DNA from: Octopus vulgaris
Lineage: Eukaryota
Assembly: GCA_951406725.2 (NCBI GenBank)
Contig: OX597840.1
Location: 18,228,001 to 18,292,000, forward strand
Direction: 5' to 3'
Length of the DNA: 64,000 bases
Shown piece by piece: positions 12,809 through 24,522 of this stretch; within the stretch, counting starts at the first letter, position 1; the number at the start of each line of letters is the position of its first letter. A program made the position numbers and the translations under genes. The notes under the pieces were generated by a model. The model did not search any database, was not told the origin of the DNA, and saw only the letters and a list, made by a program, of their open reading frames with translations.

Positions 12809-13698
12809 AGCACAAATACCCCGTTGTTGGTGTTGAAATTCCAATGAAGGAACCTTGGATCTAGGTTAGAAACCGGTTCTTCCTCTATTGGTAAGAAATC
12901 TTGGAATAAAACTGAATAATGACAGACAGAGTGTAGATGTGCGTTAGTATCTCCTTTTCTTGACATGGCATCATACAGAGTCACCATCATACAAGTAGCC
13001 TCCTCGGTTTCTGGTCTTCTGTGAAATTACGTCTGACAATGAGGAAATACTACCTTGCTTGGGTACGGTGAATGTTAGTGGCTGGAAGAGCATTTGGTGT
13101 GCGTGTGTGTGTGTGTGTGTTCCAGCTTTCATCACCAAACAGCTGCACCAAGTGGGCCCTTTACGTAATCTCTATATATAAACGTCCAAGTCTTATGATT
13201 TTCTTGGTATGTTGGTTGTCTGGTTCAGGATAATCAGCGGAGCAGCAGGTGAAAAGGTAGAGGGAATGAACAGAAGAGAGTAGAGAGGGAGAGAGAATTA
13301 GAATAGAAACAGGAATTATACAGAAAGTGTCTGGTAGTCTGCGAGAGTGTTGGTATGAGAAGGGCGAAGGGGGGGGGAGAAGCTTTTAAAATAAAATAGG
13401 CCAGACAAACAAGTAATTAAATGAATCTATGAGAAACAATTACATTATTGACTAATTAACTAACACTGAGAATGTGTGTGGTTGGGGGTGTGGAGTGTTT
13501 AGAAAAAAGTAGTTCTTAGTTACGATGTCATCATTATCACCATCGTCGTCATCACGTGCGCCACCGTTGCTACCGCCATCTTCGTCTTTTTCTCGCCATC
13601 TCTATCAGTACCATCACCGCCTCCATCCCAACCCCCATCTCCGCCACTACCATCATTGCTACCACATCCTACATCATTTCTACAGCCACCACCACCAT

Positions 13699-13935
13699 TA
13701 CCTATTTCTTTACTGCCCACAAGGGGCTAAACATAGAGGGGACAAACAATGACAGACAAACGGATTAAGTCGATTATATCGACCCCAGTGCGTAACTGGT
13801 ACTTAATTTATCGACCCCGAAAGGATGAAAGGCAAAGTCGACCTCGGCGGAATTTGAACTCAGAACGTAACGGCAGACGAAATACTGCTAAGCATTTCGC
13901 CCGGCGTGCTAACCATTCTGCCAGCTCGCCGCCTT
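13699..13935 (-). mobile_element. tRNA-derived SINE, family 2 (other copies 19428-19872, 25112-25342, 36371-36606, 42430-42565, 47628-47836)
   Basis: GGCGGCGAGCTGGCAGAA head, GAGTTCAAATTCC B-box, central GCCTTTCATCCTTTCGGGGTCGATAAATTAAGTACCAG resembling the Meta-SINE domain. Confidence 0.85.
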
Positions 13936-14289
13936 CACCACCACCATTACCGCCACCAGTGCCACTACCGCCACTACCAATACCGTTACTACCAACAGAG
14001 GCAGCAACAACACCATCATCATCATCACCACCAACACCATCAATACCATCACAAACTTTATCCTCCTCATTAATATGTGTGTGCGTGTATGTATAGGTAT
14101 ATATATGTATATCATAATGGGGGAGGCCGGTTTATGGGGTTACTGTGGGTTTTCCATCCATAAGGGGTTTGACCATCGGTGTATCATCAGATTCCAACCC
14201 TGTTAGCCAAAGACCTCTTCAAAAATATGAAGTGGGAAATGCGACTTTGGGAAGGTAAACAATAGGTGATTATCTCCATTTGCCATTTG

Positions 14290-14790
14290 CTATCGAGCTC
14301 CGGCTGCAGCGCCATCTTGCGGGTCACCAAAAATCACGAAGTCAAACGATTTTCTTCTTTCCGTCATGGCCATCAGTTTCCTTTCGGCTGTGCCGTCACC
14401 TTGCAGATTCCAAAACGCTAGCAGTAATCTTCTAAAATGCAAACGTGGTCCGAAAATCTCCGTTCTGGAGTTAAGGATGCTCCCTGGTACGAGCGAGCCT
14501 TTTAAGATTCTCATGCATTCATCTATGCATAACTTGCAACGTTCATCCCGTTGATATAGGGGCCTGGGTTTTCGAGGATTTCCCCATGAGATTGAGTATG
14601 GTATCCCATCGTCTCTTAGTTGCCAGACATGACTGACCAGTGATGTTACGTATCTCCTTACCGGAATTCTGAAGGAGTACAAATGGTTGGAAAGACGTTG
14701 CTTGAAAGAATTCCCAGCACACCCCAGGTATTTCCATGGGCGCGTGCTGTCGGTGTTGCACCTGTTGCTGTTGTAGGTGTTGCTGTTGCT
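14290..14790 (-). mobile_element. Penelope-like element GIY-YIG endonuclease remnant (C-terminal EN)
   Basis: KYLGCAGNSFKQRLSNHLYSF...TSLVSHVWQL...CKLC...ILNSRTE motifs within ORF 14290-15048. Followed by a degenerate CTGATGA..AAAC motif (about 14170-14191) and (TA)n. Confidence 0.85.
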
Positions 14791-14988
14791 GCTTGTTTGT
14801 TTGTTGAGCGTTTGGGAGAAGTCCGAAACATGGTCCTTTGCTATTCGTAAGACCCGCAGAAGAGAAAGCAGGTCAACCCCTGACACCGAGAGCATTGACG
14901 GATGGATGAATGCGCACCGACCAAAGCCATGTGAGTAGATTTGGTAGACGGAAACTGAAAATAGCCCGTCATTTATATATATACTTAT

Positions 14989-15749
14989 TAATAAGGGTTC
15001 AGCAAAGATTTGCTTTACCACATACCGAAGTTTAGAAATAGCAGCCAAAAAATTTTAGCTATTTCTTCTAATAAGTATTACTTAAGTTTACCGTAAAATG
15101 GTCCTTTTTTCATACCGAATTCGACTTGGTGAAATTATTGATTACTTCTTAATTAATTAATTTTACCCTGTGTTATTATTGATAATAGAATTTTCTCCCT
15201 GAGCACAAACTGAAGGTTTTTTTCTGTAGTATTTTACTTGAAGACACACGCGGATGGGCGGGAGAAGCTAAGCGAACCTCATTCATATTTTTAATTCAGC
15301 GGTACTAACACTGAATATGATCTGTCTGATACCGTTAGGCGGAGAGATATATTCAATTATTTCAGTACCCTCGAATTATTGAGGAATGCCATGCTGATGA
15401 GGTAAATTGTTGGTAAAGTATAATTCTATATTCTTTATTCCAATCTAATTCCGAAACGCGCGTCCATGGATGACCAGATATTGATTGATTTTCGTTGCTT
15501 TACTCTCTGCCTGTGTGGATTATCTTCAAGTATTTTGGTTTCTCTGGGAGACCCTTTTTAAAGTAGAAGAAATAGCTAAGATTTTTTGGCTGCTATTTCT
15601 AAACTTCGGTATGTGGTAAAGCAAATCTTTGCTGAACCCTTATTAAGTATTACTTAAGTTTACCGTGAAATGGTCCTTTTTTTCATACCGAATTCTACTT
15701 GGTGAAATTATTGATTACTTCTTAATTAATTAATTTTACCCTTTGTTAT

Positions 15750-15751
<2 letters not shown>
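14989..15751 (+). mobile_element. Retrozyme/PLE-like non-coding element with terminal redundancy and 5' inversion, in (TA)n
   Basis: 15072-15180 is a direct repeat of 15644-15751. 14989-15070 is the reverse complement of 15564-15645. Internal intact hammerhead. Confidence 0.85.
15389..15469 (+). ncRNA. Type I hammerhead ribozyme, intact core
   Basis: ccatg-CTGATGA-gg..aatt...aatt-cc-GAAA-cgcgcg-TC-catgg: 5-bp stem I, palindromic stem III, GUC site. Confidence 0.88.
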
Positions 15752-15780
<29 letters not shown>

Positions 15781-16278
15781 ATATATATATAGGGAGAATT
15801 ACAACAACAACAAAAAACGAAGACGGGTGGTGTAGACAATATATATGATTGCCAACTAAGTGTGGCGTCCTATACGGGACAGAGCTACTGACGTTTATAG
15901 CCCCAGGAAGACATCTGTTCCAGCTGACTAACGACAGACATTCTGTGTCGGATTAGTATTTGCGAGGCGAGGTCATCGCTCCCATCCCTAGCCTTATGTG
16001 ATACACATGGACTCAAGTTTCTATATATATGACAGCCGATGGTGGAGTGTTTACGTCCCCGTAACTTAACGGTTCGGCAAAAGATTATATATATATATAT
16101 ACATACATACATACACATGTATGTATGTATGAATATATATATATATATATATACGAATATACATGCATATATATATATATGTATATAGCTATATACATGC
16201 ATATATGTGTGTGTATGTATATGTATATAGATGTATATATATATATGGATATATACATGTGTGTGTATGTATATATAT

Positions 16279-16335
<57 letters not shown>

Positions 16336-16819
16336 ATACACACAAACATACACGTGCGCACATGCACACACATACATACATTCATGCAATAATATATTCT
16401 TCCGTCATGCTGCTTTCGCGGATTCCCATGTCTGTGTGTCGCCATCCGATTCCATTATAATGAATTTGAATTGGGTGGGAACTTGAGTCAGTGAATCTTT
16501 TCTTTACTGATTGCACAACCATGGACGCCACCCTGCGGATGTGTAGCGGCTAATCTCTTGATAAAGCTTATTGATCCTGACCGTTGGCCTTCTTGGAGTC
16601 TTCCGCTGGCTCAGTTGAGCTTTTCCGCCACCTCTTCACTATCCATCATGAAGCCGCGGTCCCATGACATCGCTATATTCCTGGCAGGGTAGTTGAACGG
16701 GTGCTATGCTGTATCAGAGGGCAGCCCGTAACTATGCAGAGTACGGTCGTCACCCGTGAGGTATTTTCAAAATACCCGCATACCCGTCTGTGTGTGTGTG
16801 TGTGTGTACGTGTGTGTGT

Positions 16820-16908
<89 letters not shown>

Positions 16909-17335
16909 TGTGCGTGTGTGTGTACATGAATATAATTTATGCATGTCCAAAACTTTGGACGCATGTCGCTCCAATTTTAGAAGGACATTCGTCATGATCC
17001 AAGCTGTATTTTTGTCAACTTTTTTTTTCCCAGAGTCACCAGCGAATAGTAGTAAAAATTTTCAACCAAAACTTTTAACAATTTTCAAGTCGAAGAAATC
17101 ACCATTGTTTGCAAACAGGTGTTAAGTCCCCTTCTAGCGACGACTAAGTGTTTGTTAAGCCTTTTGTTGTTTTTTTCCATCGAAGAAAAAAGTGTTTTGT
17201 TGATATATGGGCAACACACACACACACTCAAACACACACGGACATCATGTATGCGTACAAAAAACATGTATGCAATAGGTGTACGTACATACGTGTGTGT
17301 ATGTGTGTGCTTGTTTGTGTATGTGTGTGTTGCCC

Positions 17336-17404
<69 letters not shown>

Positions 17405-17406
<2 letters not shown>

Positions 17407-17931
17407 TGTATTTTTACCTTGTTAACAATTAACACAGAAAAATAAATAAATAGTTACTAGGGCAGCAAAAATCTCACAAGTAAAGGTGTTGTAACTCCTT
17501 GTTTATAAAGGTAGAAACTTCGTGTTTACGTTGAATATTTGAATAATATGAATAAAAAATGGAGTTAACGCAGGTGTAAACAAATATTTTTACTTTCGAC
17601 ACATGTTTCGAAAATTCCACTGATACTATTCAAAAGAATAAATGGTATAAACAATGCAATCTTCTCTTCGGGAAAGTGAAAAAAACGAAACTCGTCAATA
17701 GCTACTTATGACGTTATATCATATAACGTTTTTTAAACAATATTAATAGCGTTCTGTCTATCGCTATACAAATCCATCATTTTTTGCTAAAATGTCGTAT
17801 TGACGAGTTTCGTTTTTTTCACTTTCCCGAAGAGAAGATTGCATTGTTTATACCATTTATTCTTTTGAATAGTATCAGTGGCATTTTCGAAACATGTATC
17901 GAAAGTAAAAATATTTGTTTACACCTGCGTT
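17405..17931. mobile_element. Fold-back hammerhead element, family H
   Basis: Arms 17567-17700 and 17798-17931 are reverse complements. Tail homologous to 48494-48690. Abuts (TA)n. Confidence 0.8.
17592..17677 (-). ncRNA. Type I hammerhead motif (U4C core); mirror copy at 17821-17906 on +
   Basis: actttc-CCGAAGA-gaaga...ttttc-GAAA-catgtg-TC-gaaagt, 6-bp stem I. Confidence 0.75.
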
Positions 17932-18191
17932 TATACAGCGGTGGTGTACCCCCTACTGTCACGTTCTTGTTAGATTGACAGTATACAACCATTCTATATA
18001 TATAATATATATATATATAAACCAATTTCAACAGATGTCGCCCAAATTTGATGTCGATGTTACTTAGTTAGGTTTGAAATAAAGAACTTGATTAGCTTAA
18101 TAATCCTAACTTAATCCTGGGCAAATCCGGGTTATACTGCTAGTAATGTATGAAATGAATACTCGAGAAGGATGTTTAATGTTTACACTAG

Positions 18192-18226
<35 letters not shown>

Positions 18227-18359
18227 TGTGTGTGTGTTTGTGTGTATGCGTGTAGTATCCGGACGATGGCGCGAAAATTGTTTGTTGAAGAATGCTTGAA
18301 CTTTGTTGGGTTTTTCACTTATTAAGAGCCTGAGACGGATGTTAATTTTCGAGGTAACG

Positions 18360-18480
<121 letters not shown>

Positions 18481-18531
18481 TTTTCTTTGAAATTCAAGTT
18501 CTTAGAATACTCGCGGCTCACTAACAAGGTA

Positions 18532-18884
18532 CAGTGATCCCTCGCCATATCGCTGTTCACCTATCGCGGTTTACTTATCGCGGTTCTCCTATCGCGGTTT
18601 ATTATTTAAGCTTACGTCGAGTCCTCCGTGGTGTTGCTTTGCATTTATAATAAAATAACATATATACAAATTATAAAACTAAGAAAAATATATACAGGTG
18701 TAGGAGTGGTTGTGTGGTAAGTAGCTTGCTTACCAACCACATGGTTCTGGGTTCATTTCTACTGTGTGGCACCTTGGGCAAGTGTCTTCTACTATAGCCT
18801 TGGACCGACCAAAGCCTTGTGAATGGATTTGGTAGACAGAAACTGAAAGAAACCCGCCGTATATATATATATATGTGTGTGTGC

Positions 18885-18963
<79 letters not shown>

Positions 18964-19257
18964 TGTGTGTCTGTTTGTCCCCCCAACATCGCTTGACAAC
19001 CGATGCTGGTGTGTTTACGTCCCCGTAACTTAGCGGTTCGGCAAAAGAGACCGACAGAATAAGTACTAGGCTTACAAAGAATAAGTCCTGGGGTCGATTT
19101 GCTCGACTAAAGGCGGTGCTCCAGCATGGCCACAGTCAAATGACTGAAACAAGTAAAAGAGTAAAAGAGGGAGAGAGTACAGTACTGTTTCTACTTCGCG
19201 GATTTTCACCTATGGAGGGGAGTTTTGAAACGTAACACCTGTGATAGTCAGAGGATG
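18532..19257. mobile_element. Tigger/pogo-like MITE interrupted by a family 1 SINE (18697-19169 +)
   Basis: TA|CAGTGATCCCTCG start, repeated TATCGCGG subterminal motifs, degenerate right end. Confidence 0.55.
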
Positions 19258-20569
19258 TTCTTAATGGATATTATTAGTCTTTTGGTGTTCCTCGAGATTG
19301 TGACCTGTACGCGTATGAATAAGTGCACGCATGTATATATGTGAATCGTGGTAGTCCGTCGGTTCCAGTTGACGGGGGTATATTATACTGAATTCAAGAG
19401 TATATTATGCTCTATATTATACTGAATTCAAATTTTGGCACAAGGCCTGCAATTTCAGAGGAGCGGGTAAGTCGATCAGATCGACTCCAATGCTTAGCTG
19501 GTGCTTATTTTTTTGACACTGAAAGGATGAAAGGCAAAGTCGACCTCGGCGGAATTTGAACTCAGAACGTAAAGACGAACGAAATGCCGGTACGCATTTC
19601 ACCCGGCGTGCGAACGATTCTGCCAGCTCGCTGTATATCATACTTATTTCTTTATTACCCACAAGGGGCTAAACATAGAGGGGACAAACAAGGACAGACA
19701 TAGGTATTAAGTCAATTACATCGACCCCAGTGCGTAACTGGTACTTAATTTATCGACCCTGAAAGGATGAAAGGCAAAGTCGACCTCAGCGGAATTTGAA
19801 CTCAGAACGTAGCGGCAGACGAAATACTCCTAAGCATTTCACCCGGCGTGCAAACGATTCTGCCAGCTCGCTGTATATCATACTAGCAACAGCATCGTAT
19901 CGCATTTGGAAGAGAGTACCCTGGCATCTCTGGGTAGCTCCAAGTCATGTGTAATGTCTTCCACTGAAGAGTGATATGACATTAGCAGCTGCATCTTGGG
20001 AGCTTAACTGCTTCCCCATCTTACTGTCCATTAGGTAATTATTTTCGCAGCTGTCTCGTGTTCTTCAATCACATAAGAATAACTTTCAAAATGTGAGGTG
20101 ATGGAACAGTCACGAGTCCAAGAGAGACCACCCATTACGATAACAAACGTGTAACTTTTCTGTGATATGTAGAGGGCTCTGCTTCCAAGTCTTTGATGAG
20201 GTACGACAGTCCAGTAATTCTGGTCAGCAGGGGCTGAGGGTTTCTTGAGGCGTTCACTGCCGACTCACATACCCCACCACCACACACATAAATAAGTGTA
20301 GGCGTGACAGTATGGCAACAGGCTTGCTTCCCAATCGCATGGTTCCGGGTTCAGTGCCACGGTGTGACATCTTTGACAAGTGTCTTCCACTATAGCCTCG
20401 GGTCGGCCAATCCTTTGTGACACAGAGTGTGACAAGGCTGGCCCTTTGAAATACGGGTACTGCTCATTTTTGCCAGTTTCGTCCAAGCAAAAACTTGTTA
20501 GTGGGTTTGGTGCACGGAAACTGAAAGAAGCCCGATGTGTCTACACACACACATGAATACATACATACA

Positions 20570-20616
<47 letters not shown>

Positions 20617-20699
20617 CGGCGGTGCATCAGCATGGCCGCAGCTCTGAACTGAAACTAGAAAAAAAAAAATATATATATATACACACATATATATATATA

Positions 20700-20749
<50 letters not shown>

Positions 20750-20837
20750 TTAGATATGTTTCGACGAAAGATTGGTCCAGGCTATGTCTAACTTAATAGC
20801 ACCACCTGGTGGTGTGTGTGTGTGTATATATATATAT

Positions 20838-21060
20838 ATTATAACAATAAGGGTTTTTTGCAACAAGTTGCTTGACCACATACCAAAAATTTTAGAAATT
20901 TTCAGTATGTGGTCTAGCAACTTGTTGCAAAAAACCCTTATTGTTATAATTATATAAACTTTTACCGAATATGGTCCTTTTCCATACCGAAGTGCTACTA
21001 GGTGAAATTTGTTGATTTTATTAAATTAATTATATTTCACCCTATATCTATAATGATTAT
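20838..21060 (+). mobile_element. Short fold-back element related to the terminal repeat of the 14989-15751 element
   Basis: Hairpin 20838-20950. Shared GTATGTGGT, TGGTCC..CATACCGAA and GGTGAAATT..TTTCACCC blocks. (TA)n on both sides. Confidence 0.7.
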
Positions 21061-21654
21061 TATATATATATATATATAAGGTTAGGATGTTCGGCTCATG
21101 ATCGTAAGGTCGTGAGTTCAGTTCCCGGCAACGTGTTGTGTCCTTGAGCAAGACACTTTATTTCATGTTGCTCCAGTCCACTCAGCTGGCATAAATGAGT
21201 AGTACCTGTAATTCAAAGGGGCCAGCCTTGTCACACTTTGTGTCACGCTGAATCTCCTTAGGAAGTACGTTAAGTGTACACGTGTCTACGGAGTACTCAG
21301 CCACTTGCACGTAAATTTCACGAGCAGGCTGTTCCGTTGATCGGATCAACTGGAACCCGCCTCGTCGTAACCGACGGAGTACAGGTTTGTGTGTGTGTGA
21401 ATGTGTCCCTTTCTATCACTTGTTGGTGGGGTTTACGGCCTCGTGACGTAGCGGTTCGGCAGAAAAGAGCCCGATTCAATAAGTACCAAGCGTAAAAATT
21501 CTTCAAGGTGCTGCCCCAGCATGGCCGCAATAAATCTCTAAAACAAGTAAAGAAAATAAAAGGGACATGCATATGTACTGACAGAGCGAGGGCCCGAGAT
21601 AAACAGATAAGAGATCAGGCGATTCACAGATACAGACAGTCACATCACCGGGGG

Positions 21655-21724
<70 letters not shown>

Positions 21725-21942
21725 TGAGAGAGGGGGTGGGAGAAGAGGAAAGAGGAAAATTGTTAATCTAAATAAATGAAACGATTAATAAACGTGACGT
21801 TATAAGATTTTCGGAAATTCCACGTAAATTTGTTTTACGACGCACCGTCATCGGTGAAATATAATGGGATGGTTTGTGAGCTGCCGGTTTTTCTTGAAAA
21901 ACTGTAAATTTCCTCATAAATGAACCACGAGTGTGTGTGTGT

Positions 21943-21996
<54 letters not shown>

Positions 21997-22452
21997 GTGT
22001 GTGTGTATTTATAAACGGGTGACGCTGAAAATAAATATTCACGCCTTCACAGAAATCTGTCATCGAGTGACAAACACAGTGAGGTGGGTCACTATGTGGT
22101 CCTCCTAAACTGCTAGAAACAGCAGTCTTGTATGAGTGGGTGGGGCTCCTCTATGTGGCCCACTCGACTTGCTGGTAATGGTAGTGAAGAAAAGGACCTA
22201 CGTAAGAACTGGTTAGTTAACAGGATGTTTTGCGCGCCTGTGTGTATGTTTGTGGTTGCAACGGAGACAAAAGCACAAACACACCCACACCCCCCCACAC
22301 ACCTCCCCCCCCACACACACACACACACGAATAGCATTGACAGTGACTTCGAAGTCACTATCAAAGAATAATAAATTTGTACTCTACCAAATGTATTGAG
22401 TAATGTTTCTATTTAAAGTGAAACTATTTTTCTTCTAACATAAAAACAAACA

Positions 22453-22497
<45 letters not shown>

Positions 22498-22500
<3 letters not shown>

Positions 22501-22782
22501 TTGTTTTTTCATTACTGTTTTCAATTTCGTTTTCGTCTCTTGTATTCACATCCGTCTTGTGCGTTCACATTCCTGTCTTCTACCAAGAAATCTAATGCTT
22601 ACAGCTTAGTTTTTTTTCTTGGGGCTGGCCGAGTTGGAGCAAATATCAGAATTGAACAGCCGAAATTTGCTATGATGATTCGGTGTCTGACTGAAGATTG
22701 AAGGCTTCGAATGATTTGTCTGTGTTCCGTGTTCGTCCCTTCCTGTATTTCACGTTCATTATATATAAAAACATTCATTCTT
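22498..22782 (+). mobile_element. (TA)n-inserted element, family C (other copies about 34910-35492 +, 62916-63228 -)
   Basis: Shared AATCTAATGCT..AGCTTAGTT..CTTGGGGCTGG..GAAATT..CTGARGA..CTTCGAATGA blocks. TA tracts on both sides. Confidence 0.8.
22623..22697 (+). ncRNA. Candidate permuted (pseudoknotted) hammerhead, family C copy 1
   Basis: ggctg-g-ccgagtt-gga-gcaaa-TA-tcaga-attgaa-cagcc-GAAA-tttgc-tatgat-gattcgg-tg-tctga-CTGAAGA. Confidence 0.6.
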
Positions 22783-23573
22783 ATATATATATATATATAT
22801 ATAAAGTTAATCCAAACAAGAAAACAAAAAAAACACAACAACGCGAGGACGTGGAACAAATATAGTATTATTGGACGCTCAGGAAAGATGGGAAGAAGGA
22901 ATACATACATATGTCTATATAATAAAGAGAAATAACCTCTATTAAATAATTCAATTGATAGTGAAAGATATCTTTATTTAATCATATAGAAAACATTTTT
23001 AATATATTATAATAAATATTATTCTAAAAATCTCTAAATTAAATAAACATTAAATCAAGTTTGGAATTTTATATTCCCTACTATTATTAATCAATTATAT
23101 ATAGCAGTTAAGCACACACACACACCCCATCTTTTACATACACATATTCACACAGAGTTGAAACGTTGTTTGATTTATTTTTTCAGCGTACATCATCCCA
23201 CTACCAAGTATAACATCACCCCTTCCTTCCATATTCATCTGTCACCCCCTTCCTTTGTCAGCCAGCCATAAACACAAGAGTATTATTATAGTATATTATC
23301 TCGGTAACCATGGGAGCTATGAAAAAAATACCGGATCATTCTACACATCTGTGTAATTTTTCCCGTAATTCCACCCAGCCATTTGACCATGAATCGCTCA
23401 TGTCGAATTTATATATATATATCTTTTATCTTTTATTTGTTTTAGTCATTAGACTGCGGCCATGCTGGGGCACCGCCTTGAAGAATTTTTGGTCGATTGA
23501 ATAAACCCCAGTATTTATTCTATCGGTTTCTTTTGCCGAACAGCTAAGTTACGGGGACGTACACAAGCATAAA

Positions 23574-23621
<48 letters not shown>

Positions 23622-23666
23622 TGTATGTATGTATGTATGTATGTATGTATGTATGTATGTATGTAT

Positions 23667-24075
23667 CAGGCACGTGCCGTCAGTAATTACTCAGGGTAGG
23701 CAGTTGGTGACCTTTAAGTAATAAAACGCACAAAAAATAAGCGAAACACAAGTGTGTGACTGAGTTGAAGGCAGATTTACTTTTGCCTTTATAACATGTA
23801 ACGAAAACGTTGTTGTATGAATGTACGTAGCACGTGTACTACAGCAGTACTATGTGTAGTTTTAATACTGAGATTGAAAGGCAATGGCTAATTATGCCTA
23901 CCTAATTTACAAAAAGATTCAAATATTTTGGATTTTGTGCATAGTAATCAGAGTAACCTTCAAAATTTTATTGAATTAGATTCATATTTTGCCATAAAAG
24001 GAAACTGTTGCTATCAATGAATTTTATTCAAGGTTAGGCACTTGCTACCTTGCTTACCTAGGCGGCACGTCCCTG
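23667..24075. mobile_element. MITE with CAGG(C/G)ACGTGCCG terminal inverted repeats (hAT-like ends)
   Basis: 13-bp TIR with one mismatch. TSD not resolvable in the microsatellite flanks. Confidence 0.65.
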
Positions 24076-24079
24076 ATAA

Positions 24080-24138
<59 letters not shown>

Positions 24139-24149
24139 TACATATATAC

Positions 24150-24188
<39 letters not shown>

Positions 24189-24232
24189 CATACATATATA
24201 TACTTATATATATACATATATATATATATACA

Positions 24233-24313
<81 letters not shown>

Positions 24314-24391
24314 GCATACATACATACATACATACATACATACATACATACATACATACATACATACATACATACATACATACATACATAG

Positions 24392-24522
24392 AGAGAATTT
24401 ACAAAAACAAAACAAGACGAAGACGGGTGAGTAAACAACAAACAGATGTATTAGTTTAACGCTCGGAAAGTGAGAAAGTCTTTTACGTTTCGAGCCTTCG
24501 CTCATCGACAGAAAGGAACACA
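24392..24522 (-). mobile_element. Hammerhead-like element, family B (other copies 33703-33880 +, 35776-35962 -, 46762-46950 -, 47131-47318 +; related 38063-38250 -)
   Basis: Shared sequence. Motif cttt-CTGTNGA-N-GAGC-loop-GCTC-GAAA-CG-TA-aaag. Confidence 0.75.

Noticed and set aside
10407-12990. 802-aa, 640-aa and other long ORFs
   Set aside because: They are translations of the (TACA)n satellite. The same applies to all YI/CV/HT/LS-repeat ORFs in the track.
14791-15048. N-terminal part of the 252-aa ORF as part of a real protein
   Set aside because: It runs through a SINE fragment and the inverted terminal repeat. Only about 14400-14740 has endonuclease motifs.
19890-20262. Possible decayed LINE coding fragment (also a possible transposase trace at 16500-16680)
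   Set aside because: Too degenerate to assign by eye. It needs a frameshift-aware BLASTX.
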